From the IMG/VR virus record IMGVR_UViG_3300027156_000002: a stretch of DNA of 64,000 bases. One strand, written 5' to 3'. The position numbers and the translations under genes were made by a program. The notes beneath the pieces are model-generated. The model was not told the DNA's origin and did not search any database. It saw nothing but the letters and a program-made list of their open reading frames with translations. Origin of the DNA: a virus (lineage: Duplodnaviria; Heunggongvirae; Uroviricota; Caudoviricetes). Shown one piece after another: positions 10,844 to 19,865 of this stretch (positions within the stretch are counted from its first letter, which is position 1; the number at the start of each line of letters is the position of its first letter).

Positions 10844-13752
10844 TATGCTGTTCCAAACAAGAATAATCCTCGACTTCCAGCTTGCACTTGTCCTTGCGCA
10901 TTTACAGAAACATCATCAATCATTGTAAACGCTTGTCTTCTTGATGCTGCAGAATCATAAGATATATGAATCCAATTCATCCAACCAGTACCTTGATTAT
11001 GTTTAGATCCAGGTCTTCTATATTCAAGAATTAATTGGTCATATGGTAACAGTTTTTCTAACTGAAGTGAGAAGTCCCACATGGCTTTAAAGTCTCTTTT
11101 GGGGTTATATCTAATGTCAATAGCTTGACCACGTTCATGTTGCGATCTTCCAGCTCCATTTCTTAGACCAGAGTTAATGCACCAAGCACCCTTCGGAGAT
11201 TGTGGAGCAAATTTTCCGCTAGTTGGTCCAAGCAACTCATATAGTGGTTCACAAATATTCGTTGCAAGTGCTGCTAGGTTTGCAACAATGTCTTGTTTGG
11301 TTAACACCTTACCGCCAATAGCAACATCTCGTATTTCAACATCAGATTGAACCAGTTGAGCGATAGTAAAATGTTTTGACAACTTGAACGAAGCACCATA
11401 CTGCGTCGTGTTGTAAATCGGTGCAGTATCAACAGGTTTCTTGGCAGGTGCTGGCGATGGAGTAATTGTAGGTGGCACTTCTTGAGCCTCAGGTATTTTA
11501 ATGTTTTCTGGTTCTTTAAACTCGGGTGTGTTGTATACTTTTTCTTTTTCTTGAGCACCAGCTGGAGTTTCCCATTCGTCTGGTGTTTCAAACTTAGCTA
11601 TATCATCAAAAGATCTTTCTGGTGGTGATAAATTCTCAAACTCAGAAACTGTTGAGTTGAGTAGTTCTGGTGCTGTTAATTCTATTGCATCAACTTCGTC
11701 AACTTCTGCTGATGCTGCACCATTACCGAACTGACCCTCAGAATAATCAGCGTGTAATGTTCCGCCAGCTTTGATGTTCATTTCATCAGTAGAAGTGATA
11801 TAAACTTCTTGAGCGAGATTATGAATTGCCATATCAGATTTAACCTCAACATTGGAAGATGCATATGTCTGATGCTTTTCTTGTGCATAATTTGTAATGT
11901 TAGTTGCCATGACATTATAATCTCCCTCAACTTTTAAGTTGAAGTCTTTTCCAACAGTCATATCTAAATCGCCAGCTACGCCAACTTCAGCGTCGCCCTT
12001 TAACATAATATTACTTCTACCTTCTACTTCAATATTAGCATTACCTTGAACTAAAACACGCATATTTCCAGCAACAGTTACGTTACCAGAACCTTTAATG
12101 TAAAGATTATTGTTGCGTAATATAATTTGATAGTTATCACCAACAACGAAGTTTAGTTGTGAACCATTAGGATCCATCTCAAGATAAGTTCCCTTTCGAT
12201 GATATAAATGAATACGTTCTCCAGCAGGAGAATCGTCAAACTCCATTAAATGCCCAGATTCAGATTCAAATACCTTATTGAATGGATAAACAGTGTTGTA
12301 TGCAGAAACAGGTTGTGACCATTTAAATCCATTTGCAGTTGGAACAGATTTCTCACGCATCAAATCTTTAAATTGAAAACACGTTCCTTGGATAATACCA
12401 CGAGCAAGTCTGTTTGTATCAGACTCATTCATATGGTCACGCAATGGATATTTACCAGATGGATCTGTGAATCCATATTGTGTAGCATTACCAGATCGAT
12501 CTTCTTTATACGCTTCTTTCTTCTCTGGCGGAGCTGCGTCAATAGTTTTCTGATCTACGTTTGGTTCAATTGCAGTTGCATCTTTATTGGTTGGTTCAAT
12601 GCTAGTTGTTCCACCTAAAAAGTATTCATAAAATTGTTTTTTAACTAAAGCGATGTCTGGGCTATTTCTACCCACAGAAGTTTTCGCTGCTTCAAAGAAA
12701 CCTTCTTGATATTGAAGTTTTAATGAATCTTTAACTTTAACTTTTAAATATAAAGCTGCAACTAAAGCAGAAACTTCTAAGTCATCATTCAGAGAATCTG
12801 GATTATTGACGATATCAACATTTAACCCTTCTTTTAATGCTAATTTCTGAAAACGCTCGTAGTTCTCTCGACCAGTTAATTGGATTAGACCACGACCATA
12901 ATATTTTCCTGCATCATCGGCAGTTTTATTTCCTAAGAAATTTTTACCACGGAAGGTTGGACCATAGAAGAATGAGAAAAATTCTTCACGTCGCATTCCC
13001 TTCTTAACTGCATAAGAATATTGTTCAACAATTTCTGGTGTTGCGCCAGAGAATATTTGTTTAAGTCTTGTTGGGTTATAATTATAATCTTCTCTTTGTG
13101 GAACCCACTTCGACTCACCACCACAAATACCAAGTAAAGCAGCCTTTGCGTATTTTGTAGTTAACCCAACTTTATCACAAGCTGCAATAAGTGCTTTGAT
13201 ACCATCAGTTGCTTTATTACCTGCTCCAGATTTTGGTGGTGGTGTTGTAGGAATACTCGAATTAACATCAGTTGATGCTGGAGCTGCAGCTGGTTTGGGT
13301 GCTGGCGCAGGTGCAGGAACTGGAGCAGAATTATTTGCTGCGGGAGTTCCTGTTTTAATTTGATTACCTGAACCATCTACTACTGGATTACCTGAACCAT
13401 CAACCAATCCACCACCCTCTGTTGGCAGAATAGAATCGTTAGAATCGTCAGCTGCTCGTGAGCCAGATTTAGTTTGTGGTATTCCACCAACAGTACCCAG
13501 CATAATCGGTTGTTGCTGATCCTCATCACGGAACAAAATAACAACCCAAGTTCCAGGAACTGGACCAGTTGGCGAGTATCCCAAACCACTAATCGCAGCA
13601 GAAGTGACTGGTTGCATTGGATATGCCCATGGCAAATCTTCAGTTGGTAATAAAGTTTTATCGTCTGTATGAATACCTACTACACGAACTTGACAACGAC
13701 CAAGTTTTAGTGGATCTAATCTGTTCTCAACTACACCAGTATATAACTGCAT
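10843..13752 (-). CDS. gp5: Baseplate hub/spike gp5 with an inserted GH19 lysozyme domain and a C-terminal peptidase M15-like domain
   Basis: N-terminal OB-fold (GVVENRLDPLKLGRCQVRV); GH19 motif YYGRGLIQLTGRENY; beta-helix repeats; C-terminal INSGLR..SQHERGQAIDI..DQLILEY..WIHISY. Confidence 0.92.
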   Translation of the reverse strand: MQLYTGVVENRLDPLKLGRCQVRVVGIHTDDKTLLPTEDLPWAYPMQPVTSAAISGLGYSPTGPVPGTWVVILFRDEDQQQPIMLGTVGGIPQTKSGSRAADDSNDSILPTEGGGLVDGSGNPVVDGSGNQIKTGTPAANNSAPVPAPAPAPKPAAAPASTDVNSSIPTTPPPKSGAGNKATDGIKALIAACDKVGLTTKYAKAALLGICGGESKWVPQREDYNYNPTRLKQIFSGATPEIVEQYSYAVKKGMRREEFFSFFYGPTFRGKNFLGNKTADDAGKYYGRGLIQLTGRENYERFQKLALKEGLNVDIVNNPDSLNDDLEVSALVAALYLKVKVKDSLKLQYQEGFFEAAKTSVGRNSPDIALVKKQFYEYFLGGTTSIEPTNKDATAIEPNVDQKTIDAAPPEKKEAYKEDRSGNATQYGFTDPSGKYPLRDHMNESDTNRLARGIIQGTCFQFKDLMREKSVPTANGFKWSQPVSAYNTVYPFNKVFESESGHLMEFDDSPAGERIHLYHRKGTYLEMDPNGSQLNFVVGDNYQIILRNNNLYIKGSGNVTVAGNMRVLVQGNANIEVEGRSNIMLKGDAEVGVAGDLDMTVGKDFNLKVEGDYNVMATNITNYAQEKHQTYASSNVEVKSDMAIHNLAQEVYITSTDEMNIKAGGTLHADYSEGQFGNGAASAEVDEVDAIELTAPELLNSTVSEFENLSPPERSFDDIAKFETPDEWETPAGAQEKEKVYNTPEFKEPENIKIPEAQEVPPTITPSPAPAKKPVDTAPIYNTTQYGASFKLSKHFTIAQLVQSDVEIRDVAIGGKVLTKQDIVANLAALATNICEPLYELLGPTSGKFAPQSPKGAWCINSGLRNGAGRSQHERGQAIDIRYNPKRDFKAMWDFSLQLEKLLPYDQLILEYRRPGSKHNQGTGWMNWIHISYDSAASRRQAFTMIDDVSVNAQGQVQAGSRGLFLFGTA

Positions 13753-15029
13753 TATTTCGCCCCATCAAGATTAATTAATAAAGAGTCTTTTATCAACTCT
13801 AAAGTGCTTTCATGTTTTTCTTTTGTAATAAAATGATTTATTGCTGATATAATATAATTTCCAGAAAACATATTATCAGTTGTGTTTTTATCATTCTTAT
13901 TAAGAGGTTCTACTTTATTAAGTTTAACATAAACTTTTTTACCAACTGTATAATCACAACGACCTGGAACTACGATTTGTATTTTAGTAGACTCTGCTTG
14001 TTTTAGTAGAGATATTCTTTCTTGAACAATTTTTGTATTTGTGACATCGCCAAAGTTTGAAAAGTTGTTGTAATATTTGGGTTTGAACATAACAGTCGAA
14101 CTATAACGATAGATCACTTTCTTAGAAGCAGGAGGAAATGGATTTAAACGATTCTGCTTTTTAGCGTTCTTTAACATATCGAAGTTATTACTTGATATTT
14201 TCTTAGATGCGATATCATGTGTATACATCCTAGAACCATAGACACCAGAAGTAATCCTATCAATATAATCTATTCCTGTAGGAATTTTAATACCTATAAT
14301 TCTTTTATAATCTTCTTCTAAATTTTTAACGCTACCACTAAGTGCACGATCGTCACGAACGTAATTATCAAATTTAAATTCTGCAATAATAGGTTGTTTA
14401 TAAAGAAATTCTAAAGATACGAAATTATATCCGTCTCTATTTTCAAAAAACACATAACTTGGAGAATAGTTTTTATTGCTTGCGTGCTCCGTCAAATATA
14501 TTAAGTTTTTAATAGGCGACCAAAAATTTGAAGTATACTTTGTTTCATTAGAAGTTTCTTCAACAACATTTTTTCTTTTTGATTGTATACCATTAATTTT
14601 ATCTGTTAATAGTGTGTTTGCAATATCTGATATTTTTCCAGTAAAAGTTTTACTAATACTTTTATTCAAATCAATTAATGCATCTTGGGAGGTGAAATGC
14701 AACTGATAAACCATCTGTTTATCTTTAAGCATCTCTCGGTCTGTCATCTTATAGATGTAAAACTTTCCAGAGATATTTCCTGTTTTTAATGTTGGTGTTT
14801 TAATATCAAGTTCAACATATTCTTCACCAACAAACGGAAATAGGTTGATTAGATCTAGAGAATCTTTGACGATTAATGTACCCGTAATAAACGGAGATAA
14901 CAGATCTTCAAAAATTTGAATACCTGCAACTTGATTGGCGATATCCTGATAAAATCCGCTTTGAGATATTACCCTGATTCTACCTACTGATACATCACCA
15001 GCAAATTTTAATGTTTGTTTCGCTTGCAT
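13752..15029 (-). CDS. Baseplate hub protein (gp27-like)
   Basis: IFEDLLSPFITG..DSLDL; YVFFENRDGYNFVSL; VPGRCDYTVG..SGNYIISAINH; immediately upstream of gp5. Confidence 0.75.
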   Translation of the reverse strand: MQAKQTLKFAGDVSVGRIRVISQSGFYQDIANQVAGIQIFEDLLSPFITGTLIVKDSLDLINLFPFVGEEYVELDIKTPTLKTGNISGKFYIYKMTDREMLKDKQMVYQLHFTSQDALIDLNKSISKTFTGKISDIANTLLTDKINGIQSKRKNVVEETSNETKYTSNFWSPIKNLIYLTEHASNKNYSPSYVFFENRDGYNFVSLEFLYKQPIIAEFKFDNYVRDDRALSGSVKNLEEDYKRIIGIKIPTGIDYIDRITSGVYGSRMYTHDIASKKISSNNFDMLKNAKKQNRLNPFPPASKKVIYRYSSTVMFKPKYYNNFSNFGDVTNTKIVQERISLLKQAESTKIQIVVPGRCDYTVGKKVYVKLNKVEPLNKNDKNTTDNMFSGNYIISAINHFITKEKHESTLELIKDSLLINLDGAK

Positions 15030-15520
15030 TATAATAATTCATCGTAATTAAGTAATATTGTATTTAATATTTGAGGAGAAACTATTTTAATTCTTCTCTT
15101 TTTCTCATTTACATCTTCTTCGTATTGACGATTAGAAACAGAAGCAGCACCTGGATATGAAGAATGAACAATGTTACCTTTATCATCTTCATAGTGATGC
15201 GGTTCATCTGCTTCACTGCCATATTTGTCCTCGATGTAAGATGACAATCTTGGATAATCCATTACCCAATCAGATCTATAATCAAATCTTTCGTTGGCCA
15301 GCATAACTACCCAATGATATTGAGCATCGCCGTAAATTTTCTCTGCTACGATTTCTGGAGTTTCACCATCTATAACATCATATTCATCATATACAGTTAT
15401 GTTTGCTAGAACATCTCTACGGAAACGAATATTTCTTGTTATATCAGTAACAACAAATGCTCTGCGTTTACCTTTTATTTCGAAGTCGTATAAAAATTTT
15501 GGAAAATCTTCGAAGTACAT
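15029..15520 (-). CDS. gp53: Baseplate wedge gp53 (LysM-like)
   Basis: YFEDFP..DGETPEIVAEKIYGDAQYHWVVMLAN..HHYE. Confidence 0.93.
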   Translation of the reverse strand: MYFEDFPKFLYDFEIKGKRRAFVVTDITRNIRFRRDVLANITVYDEYDVIDGETPEIVAEKIYGDAQYHWVVMLANERFDYRSDWVMDYPRLSSYIEDKYGSEADEPHHYEDDKGNIVHSSYPGAASVSNRQYEEDVNEKKRRIKIVSPQILNTILLNYDELL

Positions 15521-16719
15521 TATAGTCCATCCTTAATCTTATCTTTAGTAAGAAGTGAAAGTTCACGGAAACTTAATGTTATATTAATTTGTGTCGGCAT
15601 ACCATCATCAAAACTATTAAACTGTCCATTCGGTGTATAGTTTACGTTCATTTCTGTTAGTACGCAAGAAGTGTGACGATGTAAATTTGGATTTTCTTGT
15701 CCATTTTGATAATATGCTATATCAAATTCAGATGGATAAACATACAAAAATTCATTATCATCTTTAAACTCTGGGTGCATATGATACTTAAATTCATAGA
15801 TAATATTCATTACATTTTTGGCTTCATCACTATTTCTAGGAAAGAATTGATAGTCAAACTGGAATGTTCTAAAATCAACATTCTTAAATACTTGTTCTTT
15901 CTTTGGGTTTGCTGCAAGACCAAAAGCTGCGCTGGCAGCTGCACCTTGTTTATCACTCTTTAAACCCATGGCTCCAACAATTGCTGCAGCATCATTACCA
16001 AGGTTTTTGGCTCCACCACCTTCTAGTGCTTTAAGAATTGCTTCTGCTCCAGCAGCTGCAGCTGCATAAGAAAATGTATCTTCTTCACCCCAAGAAACGC
16101 CATAACGAATATTTAATTGATTTGGAATATGTAAAGCGATTGCTGTTTTTAATCTTTTCTGTGCACGAGTTACAGATGCTGCTTGAGTTGCTGCAGCACC
16201 AATTCCAATCGCAGCTGGCGCAGCATTTAGTGCAGAACCAACTAATGCACCACCCTTTCCAGCAAGTAGCCCACCAGCCATAGCACCTTCAATAGCCTGA
16301 CCAGCAGCATTTATCCCAGTGAAAGCCATTTTTGCTTTTCCACTTCTAGGATCATCATATAATTTTTCGTTCATCGCGATAGTAGGACCTCTATCTCTGG
16401 CTGGTACATCAGCTACAGTTTGAACAGTTTTATCATTAAACAATTTAGAATCTTCAGCTACGTTAATATAAAAAATTACATAATTTCCGCCATATTGGAA
16501 ACTCATAATATCTTCAGGATATGAATGTTGTTCTATATTATATGTTTTGTCACTGAACGTAGTTCTTTCTCTGGAAGTATATAGAGGACCAGATAATTTT
16601 TTTGGTGGAACAGCTGGTTGTGATTTTGACGTTTTTGACGTTTCTTTAGATGGAGCTGTGCCATTCATTTCCGTGGCAACTTCGCCATAGTTAACACCCA
16701 TCTCGTCTGTGTATGACAT
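15520..16719 (-). CDS. gp48: Baseplate tail-tube cap gp48
   Basis: NPKKEQVFKNVDFRTFQFDYQFFPRN..MPTQINITLSFREL. Confidence 0.9.
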   Translation of the reverse strand: MSYTDEMGVNYGEVATEMNGTAPSKETSKTSKSQPAVPPKKLSGPLYTSRERTTFSDKTYNIEQHSYPEDIMSFQYGGNYVIFYINVAEDSKLFNDKTVQTVADVPARDRGPTIAMNEKLYDDPRSGKAKMAFTGINAAGQAIEGAMAGGLLAGKGGALVGSALNAAPAAIGIGAAATQAASVTRAQKRLKTAIALHIPNQLNIRYGVSWGEEDTFSYAAAAAGAEAILKALEGGGAKNLGNDAAAIVGAMGLKSDKQGAAASAAFGLAANPKKEQVFKNVDFRTFQFDYQFFPRNSDEAKNVMNIIYEFKYHMHPEFKDDNEFLYVYPSEFDIAYYQNGQENPNLHRHTSCVLTEMNVNYTPNGQFNSFDDGMPTQINITLSFRELSLLTKDKIKDGL

Positions 16720-16734
16720 ATTTGTATCCTGGAG

Positions 16735-16766
16735 CTAAATAGTTGATCGATTATCATATTATTTAG
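16735..16766. promoter_or_regulatory. Face-to-face pair of T4-type late-promoter-like CTAAATA elements
   Basis: CTAAATA at 16735-16741 (+, toward gp4) and at 16766-16760 (-, toward gp48). The same motif precedes genes at 10033-10039(-), 17207-17213(+), 27387-27393(-), 30480-30486(-) and 53936-53942(-). Variants: CATAAATA 18518(+), 49134(-); TATAAATA 58168(-). Confidence 0.7.
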
Positions 16767-16768
16767 GC

Positions 16769-17203
16769 ATGTTTCACAAAAGATTATTCAAACCAGTATT
16801 TCCAGAAAAATATGCTGGGGATCCAACAAACATAATTATGAGAAGTTCATGGGAGACCAGATTTGCGTCTTGGTGCGATAAAAATCCCTCAGTTATTAAA
16901 TGGAGATCAGAGGAAACTATAGTTCCCTATAGATGTCCCACAGATAACAAAATACATCGGTATTTCGTTGATTTTCAGATACAGGTTAAACAAAAAGATG
17001 GTATATTAAAAACGTATCTTATTGAAGTTAAGCCATTTAAGCAAACCCAACCACCCGAGTACCCAGGACGCCAGACTCAAAGGTATTTAACTGAATCTAT
17101 GACGTTTATCAAAAATCAGGCTAAATGGAAAGCAGCTACTGAATACGCCAAAGATCGTGGATGGGAATTTAAAATCATTACAGAAAACGAACTTGGCTTA
17201 TAA
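16769..17203 (+). CDS. gp4: Head completion protein gp4 (TnsA-like nuclease fold)
   Basis: KYAGDPTNIIMRSSWE..WCD..HRYFVDF..IEVKP..NQAKWKAA. Confidence 0.93.
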   Translation: MFHKRLFKPVFPEKYAGDPTNIIMRSSWETRFASWCDKNPSVIKWRSEETIVPYRCPTDNKIHRYFVDFQIQVKQKDGILKTYLIEVKPFKQTQPPEYPGRQTQRYLTESMTFIKNQAKWKAATEYAKDRGWEFKIITENELGL

Positions 17204-17218
17204 TGCCTAAATAATAAT

Positions 17219-17818
17219 ATGGCCAAAAATCCATCAACATTACTAGACGTGTTTGAGAAAAACCAATACGATCTAAAGACTGCAGCTAAAAAGTCTCGTG
17301 GTTGGTTTGAACAACAGGTTTTACTGTTAAATAAACAGAGAATAACACCACCTAAAGTGTTACAGGGTGATACATCGCAATTAAAAACGAGTATCACTCC
17401 AGGTAAACTTTACATGTATTTTTATGACCCAAAACTAAAAGACACCCTACCATACTATGACAGATTTCCTTTGGTATTTCCCTTCAGAAAGGTAGAAGGT
17501 GGGTTCTTAGGTTTAAATATGCATTATTTACCATATCAGCTTCGTGTTCGTTTGTTGGATCGTTTAATGATTTTTAAGAGTAACGATAAAATGAACGAAA
17601 CTACAAGAATCAAATATTCTTGGGCACTTATAGATGGAGTCTCTCGTTATAATGGAGCGATTCCTTGCGTTAAACATTATCTGCTAAATCATGTAAGATC
17701 TCCATTTAGAGAAATTCCTGCAAATGATTGGGCTACTGCAATGTTGCTCCCAGTTGAGAGATTTATGGGATCGTCTAAAGATGCAGTCTGGGCAGATTCA
17801 CTTAGAAAAATGGGCTAA
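17219..17818 (+). CDS. gp2: DNA end protector gp2
   Basis: GKLYMYFYDPKLKDTLPYYDRFPLV..GLNMHYLP..CVKHYL. Confidence 0.93.
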   Translation: MAKNPSTLLDVFEKNQYDLKTAAKKSRGWFEQQVLLLNKQRITPPKVLQGDTSQLKTSITPGKLYMYFYDPKLKDTLPYYDRFPLVFPFRKVEGGFLGLNMHYLPYQLRVRLLDRLMIFKSNDKMNETTRIKYSWALIDGVSRYNGAIPCVKHYLLNHVRSPFREIPANDWATAMLLPVERFMGSSKDAVWADSLRKMG

Positions 17819-17820
17819 AC

Positions 17821-18522
17821 ATGGCTGAACCAAAGAACGGTAACTTAAAGAATTTCGTCGCATTAGTTAAAACCGAAGGGTTGATGAGGACTTCGAGATA
17901 TAATGTATCTTTAAGAATTCCAAAGAGTATGTCATATTCTCCAAACATGAGAAAAATTCTTTTGTTTTGTTCAGATATAACCATTCCTGGAGTAACTATT
18001 GCAACCAACCAGATTAGAATACATGGTGAAGTTCGTGAAGCACCAAATGAAAAGATGTTTGACAATGCGAGTATGTCATTCTATGTAGACAATAACATGG
18101 AAGTTAAAAAGTTCTTCGATCAATGGATAGAGTCAATTCAAAACCCATTCACAAGAAATTTTAATTATTATGATGATTATATTAGCGAAATTAAAATTGA
18201 AGTAGAAGATACTAAAGATAGAAAACGCTATGAAATAACTATGGAAGAGTGTTATCCGAAAAATGTTGGGCAGATCCAAGTTGGATACGATCAGAAAGAA
18301 GTTATGAAATTGCAAGTTAGTATGAATTACAAATATTGGAATTCTAGATCATTCTCAGCTCCAAAAGAAACTAAAGAATCTCCTTGGGATCGTTTCTTAA
18401 AGATGCCAACAATTAATAACAGAGAATTAACTAGCCTACCAAGTGTTCCAGAACAGTACAGTTCTAATTTTAGCGGATTTCAGCAAGATTATAACACTAT
18501 GACTTTTGATGGTAGATCATAA
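17821..18522 (+). CDS. gp54: Tail-tube initiator gp54 (gp19-like fold)
   Basis: GLMRTSRY..LFCSDITIPG..FFDQWIESI..YYDDY..CYPKNVG. Confidence 0.8.
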   Translation: MAEPKNGNLKNFVALVKTEGLMRTSRYNVSLRIPKSMSYSPNMRKILLFCSDITIPGVTIATNQIRIHGEVREAPNEKMFDNASMSFYVDNNMEVKKFFDQWIESIQNPFTRNFNYYDDYISEIKIEVEDTKDRKRYEITMEECYPKNVGQIQVGYDQKEVMKLQVSMNYKYWNSRSFSAPKETKESPWDRFLKMPTINNRELTSLPSVPEQYSSNFSGFQQDYNTMTFDGRS

Positions 18523-18535
18523 ATAAAGGATTATT

Positions 18536-18961
18536 ATGAAAATTGATGATAAGTTGTCAGAAGTTTTTGACACAGTTAAGATTGAAAAGAAAACTGAAGT
18601 TGAAGTATTAGATTCATCTGGTAATACTATAACTCCAGTAAACGAAAAGATTGAGGATGACTATACAGTTGCCAGAAACAATCTTCGTGTGTTATTGCAG
18701 CAAGGACAGGTAGCTTTAACAGATGCTCTGGAAGTTGCTAAACAATCTGAACATCCACGTGCGTTTGAAGTTGTGGGTAATTTAATGAAACAATTAGCTG
18801 ACGTAAATCAACAATTAATGGATTTACATCAACAGAAACAAAAACTTGATGCACCTAGTAAAGCTGAAGCAGCTAAACAGGTGACTAATAATAACGCTAT
18901 CTTTGTTGGTAGCACCGCTGAGTTGAATAAACTTATTAAGAATATGACTAAAGGAGAGTGA
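18536..18961 (+). CDS. gp16: Terminase small subunit gp16
   Basis: DDYTVARNNL..AKQSEHPRAFEVVGNLMK..NNAIFVGSTAEL. Confidence 0.9.
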   Translation: MKIDDKLSEVFDTVKIEKKTEVEVLDSSGNTITPVNEKIEDDYTVARNNLRVLLQQGQVALTDALEVAKQSEHPRAFEVVGNLMKQLADVNQQLMDLHQQKQKLDAPSKAEAAKQVTNNNAIFVGSTAELNKLIKNMTKGE

Positions 18962-19677
18962 CCATGGCATTGCCGATGAGTAGTACGCCAACGTATACGT
19001 TGTCGATCCCATCTACTGGGAAAGAAGTAAAATATAGACCATTTCTGGTTCGTGAAGAAAAAGCATTAATGATGGCACAACAAAGCGAAGACCCACTGGT
19101 TATGGTCAATACGCTTAAAGATGTTATTAAAACTTGTGTCGTTGGAGATTTTAATGTCGATGACATTGCAACATTTGATATGGAATATATTTTCACTCAA
19201 TTACGTGCAAAGTCTGTTGGTGAAACTGTAGATTTAATTTTCCCATGCGATGTATGTGAGGATGAGAAAGCCAGAGTTCAAATCTCTTTTGATATTACAA
19301 AGCTGCAGGTAGAGAAATCGCCAGAACATAACAATAAAATTCACTTATTTGGCGATGTTGGTGTTGTGATGAAATACCCTACGATGCAAGTGCTAAAGAA
19401 ATTACAGAATCTTGATGTAAACAACCTTGATGATTTATTTAAAATTGTTGCTGAGTGTATTGATTACATTTATCAAGGTAACGAACTATTTTATGGAAAA
19501 GAACAAAGTCAAGAAGAACTATTAGACTTTATTAATAATTTAACGTCTGAGCAGTTTGCTAAAGTTCAAAAATTCTTTGAGACTATGCCGAGATTAAAAC
19601 AAGAAGTTAATTATAATTGTCCTGTTTGTAATCGTGCGCATCATAAAGTTTTGGAGGGACTCCAAAGTTTTTTTTAA
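18958..19677 (+). CDS. gp26: Baseplate hub assembly protein gp26
   Basis: MALP..PTYTL..YRPFLVREEKALM..DMEYIFTQLRAKSVGE..FFETMP..EGLQSFF. Confidence 0.92.
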   Translation: MTMALPMSSTPTYTLSIPSTGKEVKYRPFLVREEKALMMAQQSEDPLVMVNTLKDVIKTCVVGDFNVDDIATFDMEYIFTQLRAKSVGETVDLIFPCDVCEDEKARVQISFDITKLQVEKSPEHNNKIHLFGDVGVVMKYPTMQVLKKLQNLDVNNLDDLFKIVAECIDYIYQGNELFYGKEQSQEELLDFINNLTSEQFAKVQKFFETMPRLKQEVNYNCPVCNRAHHKVLEGLQSFF

Positions 19678-19862
19678 TAAACCTTTGTCATGATAGTTTG
19701 TTCAATTATTATAAAATGAATTTCGCTTTGATGCAGTACCACAAATACTCGCTAACGGAACTTGAGAATATGATTCCGTTTGAAAGAGAAGTGTATGTTG
19801 CCATGTTAATTAAGCATTTGGAAGAAGAAAAACAAAGATTAGAAGCACAGAAAAAAAGGTAA
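19668..19862 (+). CDS. gp51: gp51-like hub assembly ORF in the -1 frame relative to gp26 (first ATG at 19716)
   Basis: FFLINLCHDSLFNYYKMNFALMQYHKYSLTELENMIPFEREVYVAMLIKHLEEEKQRLEAQKKR*; NFALMQ.HKYSLTELENM.P.ER is the gp51 signature. Confidence 0.85.
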   Translation, partial: FFLINLCHDSLFNYYKMNFALMQYHKYSLTELENMIPFEREVYVAMLIKHLEEEKQRLEAQKKR

Positions 19863-19865
19863 AGT

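Noticed and set aside
967-16283. Many plus-strand ORFs of 60-125 aa opposite the baseplate genes
   Set aside because: Antisense shadows of long minus-strand genes; no RBS or recognisable motifs.
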